This document shows, one piece after another, positions 25,546-35,729 of a stretch of DNA of 64,000 nt. The DNA comes from Ginglymostoma cirratum (taxonomy: Eukaryota), in the NCBI GenBank assembly GCA_024137785.1, contig JAHRHZ010000043.1:5946834-6010833 (forward strand), read 5' to 3'. The notes below the pieces were generated by a model. The model worked only from the letters and a program-made list of their open reading frames with translations. It was not told where the DNA came from and made no database searches. The stretch's first letter is position 1, and every line of letters starts with the position of its first letter. The position numbers and the translations under genes were made by a program.

Positions 25546-25975
25546 CATGTTATCTGAGCATAAGTGTGGGCCTGGTCAGGGCTGAATTCCAAACTAATCT
25601 TCCAGAGGCAAAAAGTTCTGTTCAATTATTTCATCTGTTTGCTTTTGCCATCGTCATTGCTTACAGTCGTGACTCAACTAATATGGGCACCAGAGTCTCG
25701 CAGTGAAACAGAAGATCAAAGGATAACTCACAGCTCAATATTCTGCATTAGCAAACAGAACAAATATTGAATCTCAATAAAACCCAGACACCTCAGCCAG
25801 GAACACGCAATTCTGTGAAGATCCATTCAGTGCCACCACATTATAGCCCTCTATTTCTGTAAATGTCCCCTCACCACTCCAACTCAAGATGGCATTGTCC
25901 ATTGCCAATATTCCAGCCATTTAGAAAATGCCTCTTTCTGGTCCCAGTGAATAGCCAGGCTGTGGAATAGAGCTT

Positions 25976-26303
25976 CATACAATCTATAGATGGTAGAAAG
26001 AGGCCATTCAGCCCATCAAGTCTGCACTGACCCTCCAAGGAGCACCCCTCACCCTATTCCTGCAACCCTACATTTACTATGGCTAACCTGTCCCTAGACA
26101 CTATGGGGCAATTTAGCACAGCCAATCCACCCTAACCCTGCACATCTTTGGACTGTGGGAGGAAACCAGAGCACCTGGAGGAAACCCACACAGACATGGG
26201 GAGAATGAGAAAACTCCACACAGACAGTTGCCCAAGGGTAGGATCGAACCCATGTCCCTGGCACCGTGAGGCAACAGTGCTAACCGCTGAGCCACTGTGT
26301 CAC
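25976..26303 (-). mobile_element. HE1-like V-SINE
   Basis: Reverse complement of the full element (cagtgctaaccgctgagccactgtgtcacc). Confidence 0.85.
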
Positions 26304-26809
26304 CATGTCACCCAATGCATGCACCATAAGTGGTTTGGGCTCGGGTCATGAACAGAAAGGCACAAACATGTTTGCGTCAGCGATCACTTCATCAAAGGCT
26401 CACCACCTCAAGGTCTCAACAACATCAAAGAAAAAACTGTGACATTGTAATTGGACTTTCCTGACCTTTGTTCAACTGTTTATTGAGTGTAGATTGCTTT
26501 ATATTTCAGTGAGTCATGTCCATATTATTTATGGTCCCCATGTGTGGACTCCCATTTCCTTTGCCTTGCTCCAACTGATTTGGTCGTCATAGCATTCACT
26601 GTGATCACCCGCAGAATGTAGACGCCAGCTGGCCGTGTAATCCAAATAAATTAGATTTCTCGATGATATTGTCCTTTAATCTCAATCATAACCTCGGAGG
26701 AACTTTTTCATTATCTACATGCGGCCAATTATTATAACCCCAATTAAAACACACATTAACAGTTCCCACACAGGCTGACTCAAAGTATCATTGATACTTT
26801 TAGTGGACG

Positions 26810-27340
26810 AGGTCATGAGGCATATTGTCTAAATAGGGGTCACAGGCTAGGGGCCATAGTTTACAAATACGGCTCATCCATTTCCGACAGAGATGGGATT
26901 TTCTTTTCTCTCAAAGCTTGATGAGACTTTGAAGCTCTCATCGCCAGAGAGTGATTGGGGTTGGGTCCTTGAATATTTTTATGCAGAGAGAGGGAATTGC
27001 CTGTGAAATTCTCTGCAAGAGAAAGCGGTTGAGGCCAAAACATTGAACGTTTTCAAGAAGGAGGTAGATATGGTTCTTGGGGCTAAAGGGATCAAGGGTG
27101 TGGGGAGAAAGCAGGGACAGGGAATTGAGTTGGATGATCATATTGAATGGTGGAGCTGGTTTGAAGGGCTGAATGGCCTGCTTCTATTTTCTATGTTCCT
27201 CTGTAGAGAGATTCTTGACTAACAAGGGATTCTGGGATTATGCAGGATTGTGGAATTGAGGCCATAATCAGACGAGCCATTATCTTATCAAATGGGGGAG
27301 CTGAATGGCCCACTCCTGCACTTAATTTGCATGTTTATAT
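26810..27340 (+). mobile_element. Nested CR1 3' tails
   Basis: ctaggggccatagtttacaaata (TRGH-like); inner tail at 27000-27200. Confidence 0.65.
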
Positions 27341-28034
27341 GTTAGTTTATTAATCTCTTTCTGTATGTCTTCGAATTTTAAGATGTTATTGTTATTTAAT
27401 TTTTATTTTAATCTATTTATGGGATGTGGCCGTCGCTGGCTGGGCCCAGCATTTCTTGCCCGTCCTTAGTTTCCCTTGAGAACGTGGTGGTGAGCTGCCT
27501 TCTTGAACTGCTGCAGTCCACGTGCTGTCGGTAGACCCACAATGCATGTTAGGATGGGGATTCCAGGATTTTGAGACAGTGGTAATGAAAGAACAGCGAT
27601 GTATTTTGGGGTGAGAGGTGGCTCGGAGGGGAATGTGCAGGTGAAATGAACAGTGCAAGATTAATGGGGAGGGGCAGGTGAGAGCAAACTCTGGAGGTGT
27701 TGCTCCATAAATCTGTGACTGTGGCAAAACAAGTTGAGAAGGTGGTTCAAAATGCACACGGAACGCTGACTTTAGCAAGAAAGGGTTATTTTTGCATTAT
27801 TTTACACAGTAAGTTGTGACCTGGATATGTTGCTTGTTATGGTGCTTGAGGCAGCTTCAATAGGAACTTCCGAAAGGGAATTGGTAAAAGACTTGAAGGG
27901 AAAATAATTGCAGGGGCTCAGGCAAAGAGCAATAGAATTATTTGGATATCTCTTTTTAAAAGAGCTAGCACTGGTAGGATGGGCTGAACAAGCTCCTCCT
28001 TGTGCAGTTTCAATCCATGATTTTACAGGCACTA

Positions 28035-28275
28035 TTGTCTATTGCTGCTCAGCTTCAGAGTCGTACTTTCAGATTCAATATCCCTATTCAGGACAGCATA
28101 TTGTCTCATTTCACGGGACATCCCATCAGAATGGCAGCATCTCCAGCAATGCTGCATTCCCTCAGTACCAGCCAGCAATGTCAGCTTACTCTGTGTTCAG
28201 CTTTCTGCAGTGCGATCTTCTGACTCAGACAGACCCTGCCAGCTACAGACCCAAGGTCGATACCTACTGTCACGC
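28035..28275 (-). mobile_element. Deu-domain SINE, 5' part
   Basis: gaatggcagcatctccagcaatgctgcattccctcagtacc...tgcgatcttctgactcagac. Confidence 0.55.
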
Positions 28276-28319
28276 ACATTCTTTCCCAGGTCTCGATTAG
28301 TTACTGAGAACATACTGGA

Positions 28320-28675
28320 AGTTTCCATCCATTGACTCCATCTGCACTTCTCGCTGCCTCGGAAAGGCAAAGACACCTCCCACCCCAGTTATAATCTCTT
28401 CCAACCACTTCCTTCAAGCAGAAGATACAAAATCTTAAACGCACAGACCAACAGGTTCAAGAACAGCTTCTTCCCTGCTGTTCTGATTGAACCTTTCAAA
28501 TTTTACATTTAATGTCGATCTCTTTCTGTGTACCTTTTCTTCAGCTGTTACATTGTATTCCACACTCTGTTCTCTTACCCTAATGCACTTTGTATGGTAT
28601 GACCTGCCTGTACTGCATACAAAACAAAACTTTTCACTGAACCTAGGTACAAGTGACAAGAGTAAATCAAATCAA
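28320..28675 (+). mobile_element. Rex1/Babar-type LINE 3' end
   Basis: KDTSHPSYNLFQPLPSSRRYKIL...NRFKNSFFP; tail acaagtgacaagagtaaatcaaatcaaa. Confidence 0.72.
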
Positions 28676-28820
28676 AAAATCTCTCTGGTTTGATCCTCCA
28701 GACAAGTGACTGTCAGTTTAAATATCAAGACAGCAACATTCGATGCTGTGTCCCAAGCTAACGGAGACTGGAAAAGGCACTGAACTTGTAGACATGCTCG
28801 CCGAGCCAGTGGGTTTGGTT

Positions 28821-28860
28821 GCAAACGTTTCGTCACCCTGCGAGGTAACATCGTCAGTGC
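28821..28860 (-). ncRNA. Minimal type I hammerhead ribozyme in the PLE 3' region
   Basis: gca-CUGACGA-u-guuacc(ucgcag)ggugac-GAAA-c-GUU-ugc: both core boxes, 6 bp stem II, 3 bp stem I. Confidence 0.75.
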
Positions 28861-30046
28861 GTCTCCGGTGAAGCGTCGGTGTTCTAACCTGCTTGTTATT
28901 TATATGCCTCTGTTTGCTGGGGTGGCTGGTGTTACTTCTGGTTCTGATTTTCAGTGGTTTGTATATCAGGTCCAGTTTAATGCGTTTGTTGATGGAGATC
29001 CGGTTGGAATACCAGGCCTCCAGGAATTCCCTGGCATGTCTCTGTTTGGCCTCTGCTATTATGGATGTGTTGTCCCAGTTGAATTTGTGTCTTTCATTGT
29101 CCGTGTGTAGTGAGACAAGTGAGAATTGGTCATGCCTCTTGGTGGCTAGCTGGTGTTCGTGTACCCGTATTGTCAGTTTTCTTCCAGTTTGGCCTGTGTA
29201 ATGTTTCTCACAGTCCTTGCATGGCATTTTGTATATTACACAGGTTTTGCTGCTTTTGGGTATATGGGATCCTTCATGTTCGTCAGCAGCTGTCGTAGGT
29301 TGGTTGTTGGCTTGTGGGCTACTCTGATACCTAGGGATGTGAATAGTCTTGTGGTCATCTCTGAAATGTCCTTGATGTACGGTAGGGTGATTAGTGAGAC
29401 TGGTTGTGTTGCGTCTTCTTGTTGTGGTCTGTCGCGGAGGTAACAGCAGATTGTGCTGTTTGGGCATCCATTCCTTTTAAAAACTCCGTATAAGTGCTCC
29501 TGCTATGCATTCCACAATTCCGGGTTGCACCCTATCAGAGACATTTCAGAGATGTCCACAGGATGACTCATACCCCTAGGTCACAGGGTAGCCCACAAAC
29601 TAACAATCACTATATGACAGCTACTGACGAATGTAAATGATCCCATACGCATAACCAATAAAACTAATGTAATATACAAACTGCCATGCAAGGACTGTGA
29701 GAAACATTACACAGGCCAAACTGGAAGAAAACTGACAATACGGGTACATGAACACCAGCTAGCCACCAAGAGATACGACCAATTCTCACTTGTCTCACTA
29801 CACACAGACAAAGAAGGACACAAATTCGACTGAGACAACACATCCATAATCACACAGGCCAAACAGAGACATGCCAGGGAATTCCTGGAGGCCTGGCATT
29901 CCAACAGGAACTCCATCAACACACACTTTGAACTGGGCCCAATATACAAACCACTGAGAAACAGAATCAGAAGTGATGCCAACAACCCCAGCAAACCGAG
30001 GCACATAAATAACAAACGCGACGGAACACCGACGCTTCACTGGAGA

Positions 30047-30088
30047 TGCACTGACGATGTGACATCGCAGGGTGATGAAATGTTTGCA
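30047..30088 (+). ncRNA. Degenerate hammerhead motif in the second PLE arm
   Basis: ugca-CUGACGA-u-gugaca(ucgcag)ggugau-GAAA-u-GUU-ugca; stem II has two mismatches. Confidence 0.55.
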
Positions 30089-30204
30089 ACCAAACCCACC
30101 AGCCCGGCGAGCATGTCTACAACCTCATTGATGACCCAAGCTACAAATCTTCTCAAAAACTTTAGGCACTGAAACAACTGAAAACTTTCTTTACATTCAA
30201 TCGC

Positions 30205-30480
30205 AGGATATGGATATTTCTGGCATTTATTGCCCATCCCTAATTGCATAGAGGGCAGTTAAAAGTCAACTGTGGGTCTGGAGTCACATGTGGGCCATAC
30301 CGGGTAAAGACGGCAGATATCCCTCCCTAAAGGGCATTAATGAACCAGATGGGTTTTCCCCTCAACAAGCGATACATGGTTATAGTTAGACTCGATTCCA
30401 CATTGTGCTGTGGTGGAATGTGAACACTGGCTCCAACAGCATTATCTCAATTAATAATCTAGTGATAACACCACCACTTG
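30205..30480 (-). mobile_element. Second SINE family copy
   Basis: gcatttattgcccatccctaattgc...gtgggtctggagtcacatgtgggcc. Confidence 0.75.
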
Positions 30481-30504
30481 CCCTTCCCTGTGATAAAACT
30501 GTCA

Positions 30505-30618
30505 TCACTCTCATTCTGAAGAAGAGTCATATTGACCTTGAAACATTCACTCTGTTCCTTGGCCCACGGAGACTGCCAGACCAGCTGAGTTTCTCCAACA
30601 TTTTCTGTTTTAGTTTCT
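30505..30618 (+). mobile_element. Older family B-related element with HHR-like head
   Basis: ctgaagaagagtcatattgaccttgaaacattcactctg...ctgccagaccagctgagtttctccaacattttctg. Confidence 0.6.
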
Positions 30619-31203
30619 GCCCTGGGATAAGGCTTTGAACAGATGTGAGTTAATGATTTCTTGCTTGCTGCAATCTGTTGCTTTAAATTCAAATTGCCTA
30701 GTTGTTCTTGACAGTTTCCTTTGAAGTGGCTGATACCTGGTAACACCCAGTAATCATTGCAGTTTTATAGCTGACTGGCAATGAATTGCCCTTTTAAACA
30801 ACTGTTTACTCCTGCTGTTCGCCTTGTTTATATTTATGCCTACAGCTGCGGCCCCTCTGGTCCAATTGCTGCTCACTGGACTTAAGAATCCAGACATGCA
30901 GGCGCCTGGGAGAGAAGACATTGGCAATGTCTTGCAGCAAAGCTGGCATCTCTCCTCTGTCCGAGCAATAAACAGCGAAGAACAAAAGTGATCACTGGTG
31001 TTGCTAAGGTTTGCGTTTAACGTCTGCTGATCTGCAGCTCTCTTCTGTCACTTGAAAGACCAAGCCAGGCCTCAGGTTAAAAACTCCCCCAAGCCACTGA
31101 GTGGTTTTATACAAACCCAGAAGAGAGAGGGTGGGCGTGTTCCCTCAGCTGCCTACAGCTCAACCCCCACCCCCAAAGTTAACCATTGAGGGTTAAGTTC
31201 CCA

Positions 31204-31430
31204 AGATAGTAGGAACTGCCGATGCTGGAGAATCTGAGATAACAAGGTGTAGAACTGGATGAACACAGCAGGCCAAGTAGCGTCAGGGGAGCAGGAAAAC
31301 TGACATTTCGGGTCTGGACCCTTCTTCAGAAATTTCTGAAGAAGGGTCCTGACCCAAAGCGTCAACTTTCCTGCTCCTCTGATGCTGCCTGGCCTGCTGT
31401 GTTCATCCAGCTCTACACCTTGTTATCTCA
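31204..31430. mobile_element. Family A fold-back dimer (HHR-bearing PLE-derived)
   Basis: Near-perfect palindrome centred on cagaaa|tttctg (31332/31333); TSD gggttaagttccca at 31190-31203 and 31431-31444. Confidence 0.88.
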
Positions 31431-31449
31431 GGGTTAAGTTCCCATCTCT

Positions 31450-31770
31450 TTTTCTTATTCATTCATGGGATGAGGGCATTGCTGACTAGGACCAGGATTT
31501 ATTGCCCATCCCTAATTGCCCAGAGGTCAGTTAAGAGTCAACTAAATTGCTGTGGGTCTGGGTCACATATAGGCCAGACCAGGTAGGGATGGCATTAGAG
31601 AACCAAATGGGTTTTGCCCATTTGTTCATGGTCATCATTAGACTCTTAATTCCAAATTTTAAATTCTACCATTTACCATGTTGGGATTCAAACCCTAGTC
31701 TGCAGGACATTTCCTGGGTCTCTGGGATTAACAGCCTAGTGATAAGACCACTAGGCCATTGCCTACCTTC
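31450..31770 (-). mobile_element. Second SINE family copy
   Basis: tttattgcccatccctaattgcccagagg...ggattcaaaccc...ccactaggccattgcc. Confidence 0.75.
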
Positions 31771-31779
31771 AGGGGCACA

Positions 31780-32130
31780 CGAGTGAATAATACAGGTTGA
31801 CACTCCTAGTGCAATGCTGAGGCAGTGCCACACTGTCCAAAGTGCTATAATTTTGGATGGGATGTTAAACAGACGTCCCATCACTTTCATGAAAGTTCCC
31901 ACAGCCACTATCTCAAGAGAGAGATAAAGAGAGAGAGAGGGAGAGAGCCACGGAAAGCATCCTGTATATTACTCAAATTTTATCACACAAAAGGCAGGTT
32001 TGTGGGATCTTGCTGTGCACAGCTTTGCTGCCTCATTTCCTATATTGCAGCAGCAACTGCACTTCTGAAAAGCAACTCACTGACATTTAAAGTTTTGCGA
32101 GATCTCCTCTTCTGCAAAGAATACATAAAA
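31780..32130 (+). mobile_element. Deu-domain SINE (SacSINE1-like)
   Basis: ggttgacactcctagtgcaatgctgaggcagtgccacactgtc...tttgtgggatcttgctgtgcacagctttgctgcc. Confidence 0.65.
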
Positions 32131-32149
32131 TAAAAGCATAAAAGCCTTT

Positions 32150-32752
32150 ATCAGTTGTGGCATAGACTCTAAGAGCAGGGAGGTGATGATGGAGCTGTAC
32201 AGGACTTTGGCTAGGCCACAGTTTGAGTACTGTGCGCAGTTCTGGTCCCCACACTGTAGGAAGGATGTGATTGCACTGGGGGGTTGGGGAGATGGGGTGG
32301 AAGGGCAGAGGAGATTCACCAGCATGTTGCCTGGGACGGAGCATTTCAGCGATGAGGACAGGCTGGATAAGCTCAGGTTGTTTAGTTTGGATGCACAGAA
32401 GGTTGAGGGGGGACTTGATAGAGATGTGTACGATTATGAGGGGCATGGACATGGTGAATAGAAAGCAGCTGTTTCCTTATTTCAGGGTCAGTAACAAGGA
32501 CGGCATCATTTGAAGGTGAAACTCCGGAGGGTTAGAGGGGATTTGAAGGAATATTTTTCACCCAGAGGATGGTGTGAATCTGGAATGTACTGCCTGGGAG
32601 GGCTGTTGAGGCAGGAAACCTCCCAACCTTTAAAAAGCACTTGGGTGAGCACTTGAAGTGTCATAACATTCAAGCCTATGGGCCTGGTGCTGGAAAGTGG
32701 ACACAAACTAGATGGGCCAAAGGGCCTCTACCACACTGTAACTCTATGAGTC
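32150..32752 (+). mobile_element. CR1 LINE 3' end
   Basis: MELYRTLARPQFEYCAQFWSPHCRKDVIAL..QRRFTSML (ORF 32183..32461). Confidence 0.85.
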
Positions 32753-32839
32753 TTTCATTAATTCCATGGCAGTGAGGTCCATCAGAGGACAGGTGCTTGG
32801 ACTGTTCACAAAGTCCTGCTTTGTTCCCTCCTGCAGAAC

Positions 32840-33095
32840 CCAGGTGTGATCACAGTCAGTGCTGAGTTAGCCAGTCGCTGCTGGGCATCCATAGTTGGTG
32901 GTGTGCCCAACCTCAGCTGGTTCAGGGGAGCTCATTAATTCAGTCAGAGTGCCAGATGCTGATTGCACAGTAAACAATGCCTGTTGGCCAGTGCCAGTGT
33001 TGGCCTTTGAGCTGAATCAGGATTTGGCTTAGTGAGTGTGGTCAAAGGTCCCACCCACACTCACCCGTCTCTGCTCAGACTTGGGTTCACAGCAG
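32840..33095 (+). mobile_element. Ancient SINE, LF-SINE-like
   Basis: cagtgctgagttagcc...ggatttggcttag...cacactcac; related to 55390-55560. Family assignment is from recall. Confidence 0.4.
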
Positions 33096-33144
33096 AACCA
33101 TGGCTTTTCGAGTCTCCTGGATGGCAGGACTGACAGATGAAGAG

Positions 33145-33712
33145 ACGGTGGATTAGTTAGGACTGTATTCACTGGAGTTTAGCGGAATTGGGGGACGGGG
33201 AGGTGGAATCTCAAGGAAGTGTGTAAAATTTCAACAGGGCTATAGAGGGACATGGGCCAAAAGTTGGCAAATGGGACTAGATTTATTTAGGATATCTGGT
33301 CAGCATGGACGAGTTGGACCGAAGGGTCTGTTTCTGTGCTATATATCTCTATGACTCTGTGACTAGACAGGGGTTAATGCAGGAATGATGTTCCTGAAGA
33401 CCAGGGAGTCCAGAACCAGGGATCACAATTTAAAGGTACAGGGTAGGCCATTTCGGACCGAGATGAGGAGAAATTTCTTCACCTAGAGACGGGGAGCCTG
33501 TGGAATTCTCTGCCATGGAAAGCGGTTGAAACCAGAACATTATGTGTTTTCAAGAAGGAGCTGGATACAGCTCCCGTGGCTAAAGGAATGAAAGGGTATG
33601 GGAGAGAAATTGGGAACAAGGGAAGTTGGACGATCAGCCATGATAATACTGAATGGCAGAGCAGGCTCAGAAGGCCAAATGGCCTACTTCTGCTCCTTTG
33701 TTTCTATGTTTC
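33145..33712 (+). mobile_element. CR1 3' fragment with a nested HER1 tail
   Basis: gagtccagaaccagggatcacaatttaaagg (SRTRxH); inner tail at 33245-33362. Confidence 0.7.
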
Positions 33713-33844
33713 CACTTCCTCTCGTATGTATAGAGCACCTTTCACGACCTGAAGGCCTGTTTTACAGCCAGTGAAGGACTCCTGAGGTGTAGAGTCTGTC
33801 TTTGCAGGATTCCTGAATCATTCAGATAATAGTCTGTTTTAGTT

Positions 33845-34012
33845 AAAATACTATGGATGCTTTACGTCAGAAATAAAAAGCAGAAAGTCCTGGAGAAACT
33901 CAACAGGCCAGGGCAATGCCTGTTTCCTCTGAGGAAGAGTTATGTTGGATCCAAAACATAAACTCTCCTTCTGTCTCCACAGATGCTGCCAGACCTGCTG
34001 CAGTCTGTTTTG
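33845..34012. mobile_element. Decayed family B-related fold-back dimer
   Basis: Left arm aaatactatggatgct...ggagaaactcaacagg; right arm ctgaggaagagttatgttggatccaaaacataaactct...cagatgctgccagacctgctg. Confidence 0.55.
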
Positions 34013-35591
34013 CTGATGTTTATCAGGAGATAAATAAAAGCCAGGACATCTCTCCTTCCCATCTCCTGAAATAAACTAAATAACCTGCAGTAAACAGTGT
34101 TTAGGTCCCACGTAGAATGCTGCTTGTGGTTCTGGTGTCTATCTCACAATAGACTGGAAAGGCTGCAGAGATGTTTGACAAGGACGATACGTGAGGGGGC
34201 ACGCACATCAGGAAAAGATTGAAGGACTGGGTCTCCTGATTGATCAAGCAAGTTTTCCCAAAGAGTGAAGTGCTTTGATTGAGAGGATACAAGAGAGAAC
34301 CTCTCCTCGTGTGGATTCAGCATTTCCAGATGCTAAGATAGCCACCAAGAAATCCAAATGGGAATTCCAAAACGTCTTTAGACAAAGACAAGGTGAGAAT
34401 GTGGGACTCACCATCACGGGGAGGGGTTGAAGCAAATACTGTGATGCATTTGAAGGGAAACTGGACAAAGTGTTTGAAGGAGAGGGGAATAGAGGGTTAC
34501 AATGGTCAATCTCAATCAGAAATGATGTAGGGAGGCTGAGTTGGAGTGGTTAGGCTGAGTGGCCTGTTTCTGTGCTGTGTAATCCTGCATATAGTTAACC
34601 CATGTCATATGGGATCTTCAAAGCCCACCGCCAGAGAGCGGATGGGACCTTGGGTTCATGTTTAAGATTTCCCGAGGCTCAGAGAGTCAGCAACAGCAGG
34701 CGAAGAGGAAGGAAATGGGTGAATGAATAGCCATCCCATCATTCTGGAGCACTGTTTGGAGCTAAAGCTGTCAGTGGTTGCAAAACAATGCATTCAGTAA
34801 AACGGAGGCATCAAACGAGCTCAAAGGCATAATCTGAGGCTGAGGGCCAGGCCATTCAGGGGAGGCGTGAGGAAGCACTTTGAAACACAAAGGCTGGTTT
34901 AGAGCTCTCTTCCTCAAACAGCAGTAGATCCTGCATCAGGTGTTAATTTTAAATCTGAGATAGATTTTCTTTTGTTAAACAAAGTTATCAACAGACCTGC
35001 CATGATCTCATCGAATGGTGGAACAGGCCCGAGGGGCTGAATGGCCTACTCCTATGTTCCTATCTAGGGGCAATATTTCCTGCTGGGAGGAAACAACCTA
35101 TTTTGAAACCCTTGTACAACTTCACCCATATTTCGCTACTAAACCAGCAGCCTCTCTAATGGCACGTGTTCCCTTCACAGTGAGAAAGCCGTTGGAGCTG
35201 TGCTAACATCAATCATTAATCCACAGAGTCTCCAGATATTGCCGTGGGTTTCAGTTAATCATCGGATAGTGGAACATCTCCACATCTGTTCTCCCACGGT
35301 GATCACTGTTTGTACAGGGATAAATCAGCGCTCAAAACTAACGAGAAACAAAGACAAGATTGAAGCAAAGGTTACTCTCGGCAGAAACACGAAACAAAGA
35401 GTTTAACCTCCACACATTTGTCACTGCAACATTTTCTGATGAAAGGATCTCCTGTATGTTAACAGATTATTACAGGATTGTGCTGCACTGTCACAGGGAA
35501 AGGCAATAGTTCAAGTTTGATAGAGGTCATTATAGGTCTTCAGCGAATGATGGAGTCCGTGAGTGAAACGCAGGGCTGGTCCACTACCCTA

Positions 35592-35727
35592 TAAAAACCA
35601 AAAGAACTGCAGATGCTGTAAATCAGGAACAAAAACAAAGTTGCTGGAAAAGCTCAGCAGATCTGGCAGCATCTGTGGAAGAGAAAACAGAGTTAACATT
35701 TCGGGTCCGGTGACCCTTCCTCAGAAC
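35592..35727 (-). mobile_element. Family B monomer
   Basis: 12 bp TSD tccactacccta at 35580-35591 and 35728-35739; the element 5' end coincides with the HHR. Confidence 0.88.
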
Positions 35728-35729
35728 TC
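35690..35729 (-). ncRNA. Minimal hammerhead ribozyme, family B
   Basis: gaguu-CUGAGGA-a-ggguc(accg)gaccc-GAAA-u-GUU-aacuc: 5 bp stem I and 5 bp stem II; C-to-U change in the palindromic stem III. Confidence 0.72.

Larger units (their letters stand above)
28785..30163. mobile_element. Penelope-like retroelement: head-to-head inverted pair of 5'-truncated GIY-YIG endonuclease arms
   Basis: ORF 28718..29467(-) contains VIYKMPCKDCEKHYTGQTGRKL..RVHEH..AREFLEAW (GIY-YIG with Cys/His motif); an inverted copy lies at about 29530-30163(+); 10 bp direct repeat aggcactgaa at 28775-28784 and 30164-30173. Confidence 0.9.
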
